Shown here one piece after another: positions 40,155-52,094 of a stretch of DNA of 64,000 bases. The translations under genes were made by a program, and so were the position numbers. The notes under the pieces are model-generated. The model searched no databases. It was not told the origin of the DNA and worked only from the letters and a program-made list of their open reading frames with translations. Source of the stretch: Chiloscyllium plagiosum (taxonomy: Eukaryota); NCBI RefSeq assembly GCF_004010195.1, contig NC_057728.1, positions 11,655,712 to 11,719,711 of the forward strand. The letters run 5' to 3'. Positions within the stretch are counted from its first letter, which is position 1; each line of letters opens with the position of its first letter.

Positions 40155-41181
40155 CTAATGAAAAAAACATTAAACTTTAAACAGTTGTGTATGAAATCTT
40201 CCATTTAAAACATGCTTGCTAAAGAGAGAATATTACAATGTTTCCTCGTGATAGGGAGGTCTCAGTTCAAAATTCCCAGCGAGACCTCATTCAATCTATC
40301 CAAAGTACAATAATATCCACATATAAATTGAGGAAAACTACCCAGGACATGGTGGAGGTTATCTGAGAACTATTCTGCATGCACATGGCTTTCAACAAAT
40401 GAAAAACAACCATGATGCAGAATCAAAATACTATGGGTACCGGATGACACATATTTGCTAAATAAACCACTGACAGTTATTAATTGGGGTTGGGTGCTGC
40501 CATCAATACTCTCTCTAATACTGAAATGAAGGGCCTGTTCAATTCTCAGTATTAGAGGATGAACCACTTGCAAATCTCAAGAAGAGGTACTTGTCTTAAT
40601 GACAGAATGTCGCTCATTGCTTGAGACCATTGTAACTTGCATTTATTGCTTAGTTAGACAATCAGGAGCCAGAGGTGACATGTCTCACTAAATCAGAATC
40701 TGGAGCTGGACTCCTCAAACTCTAACCAAGACTGACAGATATCACCAAATGAAGTGCAGCGCAATGCAATCTCCAACATTAACCCCTTTGGAACAATTAC
40801 ACCATCCAACCCTGGAAAGCTGAAATAATAACCAGGTGCTCCAAATAACCAGCAGGTCATTAACTTGTGAGCAACACGCTTCAAAGTTGCTGATTTCCAA
40901 CATTGCTAATAATTTGTTACTAAACTCTTAATCCTGCTTTTACTTTCATTTCTTTTTGTCCAGAGTGTTAGAGAAACCAGATTCTCCACTTTCAGGACTG
41001 CCAAATAGTTGCATATTGAACCCTATCTTCAAATACCAATGGGCACTGTGTTCAATTGATACCGACATGCAAGATGAAGTAATCTTTCTTCAGTTCTTGT
41101 TCTTTGCTGCCAGTGTTGTATTATTACATTTTATGGTACCTGAGAAAAGAGGCAACCTTGACTCCCAAATTTAATTAGCCG

Positions 41182-42026
41182 TCAGATGGGTCAATGGACT
41201 GAGAAGTGGCAGATGGAGTGTAATTTAGATAAATGTGAGATGCTGCATTTTGGAAAGGCAAATCATTGCAGGACTTGTACACTTAACAGTAAGGTCCTGG
41301 GGAGTGTTGCTGAACAAAGAGACCTTGGAGTGCAGGTTCATAGTTCCTTGAAAATGAAGTCACAGATAGATAGTATAGTGAAGACATTTGGCATGCTTTC
41401 CTTTATCGGTCAGAGCATTGAGTACAGCAGTTAGAGGGTCATGTTGCTGCTGTACAGAACATTGGTTAGGCCACTTCTGGAATATTGTGTGCAATTCTGG
41501 TCTCCCTCCTACTGGAAGGAGGTTGTCAAACTTAAAAAAGAGTTCAGAAAAAATTTACAAGGATGTTACCAGGGTTGGAGGATTTAAGTTGTAGGGAGAG
41601 GCTGAATAGGCTGGAATTGTTTTCCCTGGAGCATCGGAGGCTGAAGGGTGACCTTATAGGAGGTTTATAAAGTCATGAGGGGCATGGATAGGATAAACAG
41701 TCAAAGTCGAATCGCTGGGGCGGGGGATGCCAGAACTAAAGGTCATAGGTTTAAGATGAGAAGGGAAAGCTTTAAAAGGGACCTAAGGAGCAAGCTTTTC
41801 ACACAGAGGGTGGTGTGTGTGTGGAATGAGTTGCCAGAGGAAGTTGTGGAGGCTGGTACAATTGCAACATTTAAAAGGCATCTGGATGCGTATATGAATA
41901 GGAAGGGTTTAGAGGGATATGGGCCAAGTGCTGGCAAATGGGACTAGATTAATTGGGATATCTGGTCGGCATGGATGAGTTAGACTGAAGGGTCTGTTTC
42001 CGTGCTATATTTCTCTAGGACTCTAA
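41182..42026 (+). mobile_element. CR1/HER1 LINE 3' fragment
   Basis: WQMECNLDKC, RTKGHRFK, WNELPEEVV and 3' tail. Confidence 0.9.
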
Positions 42027-42306
42027 CCAACAGTCCAGGGAGCTCCGATTTCAATAATGAAAAGGTAACCATCCTATGGAACTATAGCTAACCACACTGA
42101 CACACCTGAAACAAGTGTGAATGCAACCTTTTGACGACAACATTGCTAAGGCATCAGCACAAAAAGGGCAGTACTGTAATTGGTCATTTTCATTCTGATA
42201 CATTGATGCATATACACATTCACACACATAATGAATCATGATTAGTATACTTATTGAACAAGTGTGCCATTTATTTTTAAAACAAGTAAACTTAAATATT
42301 ACTTAC

Positions 42307-42367
42307 TGCCAGGTTCATCCACATGCATGAAGATCATTTCACTGTCTGCAGCAAGTATAGAGTAAAA
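42307..42367 (-). CDS. SORT1: Sortilin coding exon (3' half of human exon 9 equivalent)
   Basis: ttttccag|...|gtaagt, 61 nt, phase 0 to 1. Translates FYSILAADSEMIFMHVDEPG. Confidence 0.95.
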
Positions 42368-45041
42368 CTGGAAAACAGAGCACCCACTTAAGATTACTCA
42401 TGTCAGCGCTTGCCTTTATTCACAGTTACACACATTGCATTTGCTTTGAATATGAAAAGGATAGACTTTAGCTCCATACTAAGTGATTAGATCATTTGCT
42501 TTGTTTCCCAATAATTTCTCTCCAAAGAAAGAAAAATTCTCTTAAAGAAATAATAAAAGCCTGAAATACATTAGAAGTCCACCAACAGGTGGTTGGACAG
42601 GCTTGCGTTTAATATACTGTACATTCCTTCCAGTGACTTTATCCATCTTTGCACCTGACACATGAAGCTCTTTCCCTCTGTCAGAGGGGACAAAAACTGC
42701 TTGGATCACAAAGCACTTCTTTTTACCTGTATAAACTGCCCCTTGTCACCATCTATTTCCCCTTATTTTCTTGGGCTATAAAGTAAGAGTGAATAGAAAT
42801 AAACTCTTTTGATTAGAAATAGGATTACAAATCAATGTATTCCCTCTGTGGTTCTAGCAGCATCTGTGAAGAATGAATGTTTTGAGTCTGAAAACAACTC
42901 TTCAGAGTACAGTAGTTACAAAGTCATAACAGATTGGAACAATGTAAATGTTTCTCTCTCCATATTGCCAGACTTCACGGGTTGCTCCAGCACTTGGCTT
43001 TTATTTCAGATTTCCAGCAGCTGCAGTTCTTTGCTTTTACATCCAGGGGTAATCCTGTAATTCTGCTTTATTAATCACAAATTACAACAGTAATCGTGTA
43101 TAGCAAACCTTCATGTTTTCTCTAGATGAAGAAAAATCTTAAAATTTCACAATCCCACCATATCACACTATATAGTTCTCTTGTGTTCAGACACATGAAA
43201 TCCTGTCACATTAGATTACCTCTGATGTCAATATTTAAACACAGCAGTAAGAAAATCAGTGATATAGAAAGAGGGTGGAAAGTAGATCAGCCATAATACA
43301 GCAGGTCAAGGTTGAACAGCCACATAATTCATCTCTACTCCAGGTTCGAATGTTCTTAAATGCAGTAGTTCACAACTCTTGTTGGCAAGAAGAAAAAGCC
43401 CCGGGAGATTGAACAGGATAACAAATCATTGCAGCTACATTAGGGCAGTAAACACAACAATACAAGTTGTTTAAATGCAATCTCTGACCTCTGGTGGAGA
43501 CAGTGAGTACAAATTGGATATTGCTGGGGAACATGGAGAAGTGTGGCTAAATACAACAGACGCTTCATGGGTGACACCAGCTACGTTGAAGCACAACAGT
43601 GAAGCAAACTAACAGATTTCAATTGCAGAATTGTTTACACCAATACGAATACAAGAATTTATAATTTCATCATTGCAATTAGAAGTTAAAAAATAGCAGT
43701 AAAAAAAAGTCCAGTGGTATTTTTAATTAAATATTCAACAGGAATTACCAGCAAAGAAACTTGTGTGAGAGGACAACTGTATGAATAAATTTAAGGATAA
43801 GGAAAATTAGGAGCACATGATGCACAAAAATCCAAAGAATCAACGTAATGAATCTAAATAACGATCTACACCACTGAGTATATGACAAACACTCAAGGGA
43901 ACTTGCAAATTATGTCTGTGAGCCCTTCTTTATCGCTTGGTATGTCAGCAAGTTCCCCAATAACAGACCTATTTGTGAAGCCTTTCCTCACAATTGCTCA
44001 GAGAAAAAGATTCTGAAATGGTCCCTCCCACTTTTGAACTGATAAAGAATTGAATCCCTGCCAATCGTTTCGGTTCCTGGTCTCAACTATTCAGACTTGC
44101 CCAATACAGCTGGACCCCAACATACCCGAACTTGGAGAGGGGAAGGGAAGAAGCAACAATATTGACTCCGGGTTCGTCTGTGCTGCACTGATGAAAAAGA
44201 GTAGCTTCTACCAACAGAGTGAATATAGCCCAGACTTAAATGCAGACTTTTTGAAAGATATACTTGCTGTCATATACATAATGTTAAAAATCATATCTTT
44301 GTTCGGATTATATCTATTTGTATGAATTCAGACAGTGTAAATCAGTCTTCAACCAACTCAAAACTGTCCTCATCCTGAAAATGTAATTCAATGCTTCCAA
44401 ACCTAAACAAAACTAAGCTTACTGATAAACAGAAGCACTCTTCTGGAATACAGATATTTTTAAAAAGAGAAAAGTGGAATTTTATAGCCCAAAAGGAAGC
44501 AATTCAGCTGATTGCTTTTGTGCGTGCTGTCAGAAAAACCTCTCCAATTGGGCTTACTCCATAATTCTTACCACAGACCTCATGGAAAGTGTAGAAAATC
44601 ATTTCTATACTCAAAAATAGCAGTTAATAGATGTCTATTCTTAGGTCTGGGGGCCAGACTTAGTGGCAATATCTTTAAAGAACAGAAACAGAAAGGAAGA
44701 CTAAAGCAAATTTGAAAGTGATATAGTATTGAAACACAGGGTAGACAGCGGAATGAGAGGATGTGAGGATAGGGAAGCAGATTAAGTCAGCAATTCACAT
44801 GTTGCTGGGAATGTCAGTCATATCTTATGCATCAGATTGTTCATCAAAATGGTAGGCAAAGCTGCTGATAGTTGTCAAATTATCTTTTGTGGAAAATAAG
44901 TCTGATCTATATACTGGCATCCATCTTTTAGTACATTCTATTATTTCACATCCCTCATTTCCTAAAGTTGCTGTTGTTACTGCTTCATAACTTACAAGCA
45001 GTCAGTAGACTGAAAGGGAGGTACGATTTTGTTGAATTTAC

Positions 45042-45125
45042 CTGATCATGGCTAACAGGAGGTAGCTGAGCTTTATTCCAAGATTCACCCTGATCAGCAG
45101 ATACATAAACAGATCTGGGCAGCGA
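45042..45125 (-). CDS. SORT1: Sortilin coding exon (5' half of human exon 9 equivalent)
   Basis: ttttcag|...|gtaaat, 84 nt, phase 0 to 0. Translates SLPRSVYVSADQGESWNKAQLPPVSHDQ, with an Asp-box S-x-D-x-G-x-S-W. Confidence 0.93.
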
Positions 45126-46104
45126 CTGAAAATAAAAAAATAATCATGTCATTCACTGTTCAAATGATAATTTTGCCTTTTAAAGATATGCCTAACTGTA
45201 CACACATACTAGTGACATACCAAATGTATCAAAATGAATAAGTAAAATTAGACAAATCAATCAGTGCACTGGAGTTCAGAGATTTGAATTAAGGTTTGTG
45301 CAAATTCTCTTTATGTGAAATACACACAGGGTTAATTACTTGAACGATGTAAAAACAATATTGAATTAATTCCAAACTTTGCTCAGTGATGCTTTGATTG
45401 ATTTTAATTTGAGACAATTACAAAGATTTTAGTGTCAGAGACTGTGCAAGTGAATATGTTACAAATCTATTGCTTTTCACACTAACCAGAAACTGTAACC
45501 TGTGAGGAGGTCAGCAAAGATTATGCAATGTAGAATTTGAAAATGCCAAGTACGATACTACAGTCTGCAAATGCATGCCATAATTAACTCAAGAAACACA
45601 ACAGCTTGACAAAAAACAGACACTAAGTTTAAAGTGGAAATATTGGCAGAGCAGATCCAAAGCTTAGTCAAAGAAGGCCTTTAAGTAACACGTGCACTTG
45701 CTTTAGCTGTTTTACGTTTATCAGCCTATTAATACTGGGATTCCATGATACACATATCAAAACATTCACTGCTACTGAAAAGCAGATTTACTTCAACGGA
45801 ACTACCAACACTTAATTTTGGATTGTCTGGTACCCTAGAGCAGCCTGGTTTGATTTGCCTGCTGGATTTTCCATCTGTGAAAACGTGTTGCTTCTGCTCG
45901 GTGCTTTCTTACGGAATAACCAAGGTGGACGTGGAACTTGCCACATGATGCAACAAAGAGAGAAGAACACATGCTTGATGCCCATCTTCTGCATCAGTAC
46001 CAGAGCAGTAATGACTCATAAAGGGAAGTATAATATATCTGTGCTAATTCACCTTGCACGCACAGACTTCACCATATTCCATGCACTTTGCACTAAGTGG
46101 TTGT

Positions 46105-46618
46105 TGTGGGAGATTAGAAATGTTGTTTTTGCAGGTGGGGGGTAGGGGTGGGGTGTTAATTCTTGTAGCATGTAGCATACTTAAGGCTAAGACTTTAATG
46201 AATATAGAGGGTCTTTTAAAGAAAATAGTTTTAAGCTAGGAAATAACTTTAAAGGGTTGTAGCTGACCACAAAAAGCAGCAAGAGCATTTCACAATAAAG
46301 CTTATAGTATGATAAGAGAAACTGCATTAAAGAACAAGCTGTAACAAACAAGGAACAAAGAATGCAGACAAGGACAGCAGGGTGGCCAGATAAGAAAATA
46401 ACTAACAAGTGAGGTAATCAGTTTATGTTAGGATGGGAAAAGGGAGGCGTGATTCGGCAACTTGTAAATTAAATAAGAATACTAACAGGCTCTGTTTTCG
46501 CGCGCATTTCTGCTCGATTGCAGAAGCATCCGGATCTTGCAAGACTGTAATAAATTGTTCTTGTTTCCAAGGCTTTGTCTCAGGCTGATTGATTTATGAG
46601 TGAGTTCTGTTTCTCGCA
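46105..46618 (+). repeat. 5' LTR (514 bp)
   Basis: TGTGGGAGA...TCTCGCA. Direct repeat of 52095-52611. AATAAA at 46549-46554. Confidence 0.95.
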
Positions 46619-46621
46619 ATT

Positions 46622-46640
46622 TGGGGGCCTCGTTCAGGAT
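46622..46640 (+). promoter_or_regulatory. Primer binding site, tRNA-Pro-like
   Basis: TGGGGGCCTCGTTCAGGAT, 3 nt after the LTR, versus the MLV Pro PBS TGGGGGCTCGTCCGGGAT (one insertion, two mismatches). Confidence 0.85.
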
Positions 46641-47144
46641 CCAAAACTCCGACCGCTCGACACTCTTGGGACGATGGGGGAGGTGCATCTCGCCGATTTC
46701 GGTGATCTCTGACTCCCTTGTCGTTCGCGGTTTGGGCGAGTACGATCCGGACTGGGAGACCCTGGAAACAAGGCAGGCAGATGCGGCGGGTTCGGTCGGG
46801 CAACTCTTGTGCACAAGACCCGGGTAGGGAAAGGTCCTAAAGGATATATCTAGGCGACCGGGGGACAGTGGTATTTGCTGCAGGAACTGCTGCAGGACGG
46901 GGCACACCGAAATGACCAGGTAACTCTGTGCACAGACCAAGGTAAGAAAAGAGACCTTTAAGTATTGCCTTTGTGGTCGGGACGTACAAAAGTACGGGGA
47001 ATTGGCGATATATAAAATTAAGCATATGTCCATGGAAAACAGCCCGTGTCAGAAGGGCTAGTAGCTGAAGGGCTACTGAGGGTGCACTTCGTAACTAACT
47101 TATGGCCAGATGTCCAGAAAAATATTCAAAAGTTAGAGAAGTCG

Positions 47145-47297
47145 NNNNNNNNNNNNNNNNNNNNNNNNNNNNNNNNNNNNNNNNNNNNNNNNNNNNNNNN
47201 NNNNNNNNNNNNNNNNNNNNNNNNNNNNNNNNNNNNNNNNNNNNNNNNNNNNNNNNNNNNNNNNNNNNNNNNNNNNNNNNNNNNNNNNNNNNNNNNN
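47145..47297. other. Assembly gap inside the ERV leader
   Basis: Run of N. Confidence 1.
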
Positions 47298-47702
47298 AGA
47301 AAGTTTAATCCTTTGTGATTCGGTTTGAATGCACATTTGTTGGTTGGTGATTGAATGTTTGTGCTTTGCTCACTGGAGCTTGAGATCCGGGACTGTTTTG
47401 AATCTGATTTCTACTATGGAAAGTTTAACATGATTTCTTTTAAGATTAAGGGTTTTACAGATTATGAAATAAAATGTTAACTCCTGTTCTTTTTACAGGT
47501 CATGACTGCCTTACTATCAGTTCCTAACTAATTTCTTTTATCCTTACATAAAAGTGATTTATGGAGAACAGTTGAAGTCTCAAACAAAAAAGCATATAAT
47601 TGGTCAGATTAATCGGATGAGTAAGGTGTCTAGTCAGGACCCTGAAGGGGGTGTGGAGGAAGGAGACACCGGACCTCGTTAAGATTAATTAAATTAGCAA
47701 CA

Positions 47703-49057
47703 ATGGGAGGCACGGGGAGTTGCCGGTGTAATGATCGATCTGTAAATAACGTTAAAGGGGATATATCCCGCTCAACAGTTCTTTGGGGAGAATGTTGGGT
47801 AATTGGGAACACAACTCCTGGACGCGGGAGAAAGATAAGGCTAAAATGATAAACTATTGTTGTTTCGTTTGGACTAGAGAAAGTATTAAGGCGCCTGGTA
47901 TTTTCTTTGGCCCAAATATGGGTCCGATGAGGATTGGCTGTGTCAAGATCTTAATATATAAGTCAATTGGAAAGAAACATACAGTCAAGAAGAGTCAGAA
48001 TATGTGGCTTGTTAGATAGGGAGCACGGGAGTAAAATTACGTCCCATGAATACGGAGGAATAAAAAAAAATGAAAAAGGGAAGCCACAATGGGATCCCCT
48101 AACGTGTTTGCCGCCCCCACATACTACATATAAATGTAAAATTATGTCCCTTACGAGAGGTTCCGATTGGGGAAGGTACAATCGGATATATAAACGCTCC
48201 CTTAACTAGCAGTGAAGTTAGGGCCTTTAAAAAGGAAATGAAAAGTTTAATAGAGGATCCGGTTGGACTAGCCAAACAATTAGAGCAATTCCTAGGGCCT
48301 AATTTATATACCTGGGGAGAACTGATGGCAATTTTAGGAACGTTATTTTCAGGGGAAGAACGAGGTATGATTAGGAGAGCGGCTTTATAGGAATGGGAAA
48401 AGAAGCACCCAGTTGGGGAAGAAGGGACCCCAGCAGAACAGAAATTCCCAAATGTTGACCCTCATTGGGAAAATAATGACAGAGAAAATAGGGAGTCAAT
48501 GCGGGATCTACGAGAAATGGTAATATTAGGAATTAAAGAGGCGGCAACTAAATCACAAAATTTTGTTAAGGCCTTTGAAGTATGACAAGAGAAGGATGAA
48601 ACCCCTTCTTAAAAGGCTCAAGGAGGCCAAAAGGAAGTATTCGGAAATGGATCCCGATAATCAGATAGCACAGGGACTCTTAAAGGTCCAGTTTGTAACT
48701 AAATCATGGCCGAACATACAAAAGAAATTACAGAAATTAGATGGATGGAATGAAAGACAGATTGAAGAACTGTTATGTGAGGCACAGAAAGTGTATGTGA
48801 GAAGGGAAGACGAGAAGCAGAAACAGAAAGCCAAAATGATGATGGCGGCAGTAGAAGAAATAACAAAAAGGAGAATGGGATCAAGGGATAACAGGAAGGG
48901 TAGGGGAGGACATGAAAGACAAGGGTCAGATACCCGGGAAAGGAGGCAACAGACAGGGTGTTACCATTGCGGGAAAGTGGGGCATTTTAAACAGGAATGC
49001 CCGGAATTAGCATGAGAAAGGGAAACAGTTTCCCTAATGACCTTAGATGATGATTAG
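47703..49057 (+). pseudogene. gag: ERV gag, frameshifted with internal stops
   Basis: Starts MGGTGS (myristoylation MGxxxS). Matrix-like GRMLGNW..KMINYCCFVW; p30-like LIEDP..FLGPNLYTWGEL and FVTKSWPNIQKKLQKLDGW; one CCHC knuckle CYHCGKVGHFKQEC; ends at TAG 49055-49057. Confidence 0.9.
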
Positions 49058-49410
49058 GGGAGTCAGGGGTTCCTTCCTCCTGAGATCCACCGGGAACCCT
49101 TGATAAATTTAAAGGTGGGACCTGAAGGGGAGGAGGCAGTATTTTTGGTGGACACGGGAGCGGCACGGTCATCCCTAAGTTTTAGACCTACCGCCATTAA
49201 ATTGACTAAGGAGTATCTTAAGGTTTCCAGAGTAAAAGGTAAAGAATTCCTGGTGCCTATTTTTGAGCCAACCCTAATTAGAAAAAATGATGAGGAAGTG
49301 ATCGGACAATTATTATATATTCCTGACACTGGAAGTAGTCTATTAGGTAGGGATTTGATTATATTGCTGGGCTTAAAAATTGGGGTGAAGGATAGTGCAG
49401 TAACTGTAAT
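49058..49410 (+). pseudogene. pro: ERV aspartic protease
   Basis: In frame after the gag amber codon. FLVDTGAARSSL active site and LLGRDL motif. Confidence 0.92.
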
Positions 49411-50520
49411 GATGGCTAAGACAACCCAAGGAAGATGGATCCTCTCAGATGGAAGGGAGTTATTAAGTAAACCAGTCATGAGAAACATCCTAACCACCTT
49501 GCACCAAGGCAGTCATTGGGGCTCCCAAGCTATGTGTTAAGGAAGTACGGATGTAAAGGGATATACACATTAGCCAAGCAGGTATGCACCGGATGCCCGA
49601 CTTGCCAAAAGATTAATAAGAAAGTAACAAGAGGGAGGCCAAGAGGTGGAAGAAACCCTGGGGTAAGACCTTTTCAAAGAATACAGGCAGATTACACAGA
49701 ATTACCCACAGTAGGGAAACAAAAGTACTTATTAGTCCTAATGGATCACCTGACTGGGTGGGTGGAGGCATTTCAAATGTCCTCAGCTACTTTGAAGGGA
49801 GTAGTGAAAACTCTTTTAGAACATATAATTTCTCGATATGGAGTGGTAGCAAGTATAGATTCAGACCAAGGTAGCCATTTTACCTCTAAGATCATACAAG
49901 GAGTAATGGCGGGATTAGAAATCTCTTGGGAATTCCAGTCCTTGGCACCCGCCTTTCTCTGGATGGAGGAACGAATGAATCAAACCTTAAAGAAGCAATT
50001 GTCTAAGCTAGTCCTAGAGACTCAATTACCATGGACAAAATGTTTACCTATCACGTTGCTACGCATTAGGACCACGCCTAGACGTGATGTGGGCCTCTTT
50101 CCTTATGAGATGATATTTGGATTACCTTTCTTGGGTGGAAGAGGGGAATTACCAACTGTAGAGTTCAATGATAAGTTTTTAAAGAACTATATTGTAGCGC
50201 TCGGCTCTTCTTTGTATGTCCTTCGGAAGAAGGGTCTGTTGACCCAGACACTTCCACTTGAGTTCGCCGTACATCGAATACAACCGGGCGATTGGGTCCT
50301 GATAAAGACCTGGAAAGATACCAAACTGCACCCAATCTGGGAGGAACCATTCCTAACCCTTCTGACTACTGAAAAGCCGTCCGAACTGCTGAAAAAGGGT
50401 GGAGTCATCACACTCGTGTTCAGGGCCCGGTGGACGCTCCTTCCCCTCTGGCAGAGTGGCAAGCACATCCTACAGACAACCTCTGAAAATCAAGCTGAGC
50501 AAAAAGAATGGACTGAGATA
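49411..50520 (+). pseudogene. pol: ERV integrase, frameshifted
   Basis: HHCC region LHQGSHWG...CPTCQKIN; catalytic QADYTE, DSDQGSHF and ERMNQTLK; C-terminal QPGDWVLIK..WEEPF. Confidence 0.93.
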
Positions 50521-50639
50521 AGAGACTATTAATATTGGTTAAAAAACTGTATCCCAAAACAATTCTAAATGTTGCATGGACACACTCCTCCCAGATATTT
50601 AAAGGGTTAGGGAATAGACAGATAGGGTTGTGAGCTGAA

Positions 50640-51990
50640 ATGAATGGTCAGCTTTATATTGTCACGATAATATTGGCGCCAGCTGCCAAGGTGTGGGGTG
50701 GGAAAAAAATCATTTTACCGCTTTATGTCAGAATTATGCTAAACTAAACGGGCATACTGACTGTTGGGGTGTGCAGAGATCCCACACCATGGGGAATCTG
50801 GAATTCCTCTCACGGTAATATCACTTACCAAAAAAGAAGTGTACGATGTACAACAATTTGACTCAGGCTCAAATGATTCAAATCTCCAAGTTGTAAGGGG
50901 TAATTATAACTTTGCGGGGTGGTTCCTTCGACCAGCCTCGAAAACTCTGGGTGCTATCGATGGCCTTAGAGTTTCCCCACCGAAAGGAGCAGTAAATACC
51001 GCTTGTTTCTGTAATCAGAATGATACCGCACCCTTCCAATTAGGAAAATTATCTTGTGTCTACACCAGCCAAGCCACTGCCACGACCATTCCCCAAGTAT
51101 TGAATGGGATATATTGGGTGGGTGGCTTAAAGGTCTACCCATTTATCCCCGGCGAGAAGTACGTTTGGAGTGGCGGATGTAACAGGAATGGGTGCTGGGA
51201 CCATCCAGTTCAGACACTACCTCAAAACCAGAAAGGATGGAGGGCTGCTGCTACCTTGCCTATATAATTCCCCACTTGAGGCTGTTAAAGAGAGCTTCAA
51301 AAATACCTTGGAATAAACAGGGAGGAAGGAGAGTAACCCGGAAAGTAACCGAAGGAGATCGCCTCCTCTGGACTTTGATACCTATGTATGGGACCGCTCG
51401 AGCAGGAGTAGAAATACAAAAGTTGGCGATTTCCCTGGAAGAGTTGGCCAACAATACTGCTGATGCGTTGGCCGAAACCCAATCCCAAGTAGCAGCCATA
51501 ACAACCGAAATGATTGCCACTAGGCTAACGACCCTTCAGAACAGGATGGCTCTGGATTATATTCTAGCAGAGAAAGGTGGTACCTGTGCACTAATTGGAG
51601 AGGAATGTTGTACGTACATACCTGAGGTCTCCTCTAACATTACTGATATCTCCAAACATGTGCGAAACAAAATCGCCAAGATAAGGGAGGCCGGTAATCG
51701 GAACTGGAATGAAAAAGGATGGGAATGGGGGAAATTGGGGATTGACTGGTTGGGGAAGGTGATTAGTCAATTTGGCTATCTATGGATTATTGATATTAGT
51801 GGGTCTAGTGGTAAGGTTCAATGTCCTAAAATGGGTAATGAGCCGACTGATGACATCCCTTGGGGAAGGAACCCAAATAAATCATCAGATGCTTTTACAA
51901 TCAGCAGGTGATATGCAACAAACAGAAAGTCAAAGGATGCTTCTAGAGTTCGAGGGACGAACAACACAAATGGAAAATGTAAGATTGTGA
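50640..51990 (+). pseudogene. env: ERV gamma-type env, frameshifted
   Basis: Signal-like MNGQLYIVTIILAPAAKVWG; CWxC remnant near 50762; furin site RVTR; immunosuppressive domain LQNRMALDYIL; CX6CC (CALIGEECC); hydrophobic anchor near 51780-51830. Confidence 0.92.
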
Positions 51991-52071
51991 ACCTCATCGC
52001 CAAAAGGCGTAAGAGGGCAGAACATAAGAAAATAAATTAAAGGAGACTTAATAAGTGCAAAAACAACAGTT

Positions 52072-52093
52072 AGAGAAAAAGAAAAAGGGGGAA
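52072..52093 (+). promoter_or_regulatory. Polypurine tract
   Basis: AGAGAAAAAGAAAAAGGGGGAA immediately upstream of the 3' LTR. Confidence 0.9.
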
Positions 52094-52094
52094 T

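Noticed and set aside
46482-47033. 183-aa minus-strand ORF over the LTR and leader
   Set aside because: Non-ATG start, antisense to a GC-rich leader, no recognisable motif; most likely a chance ORF.
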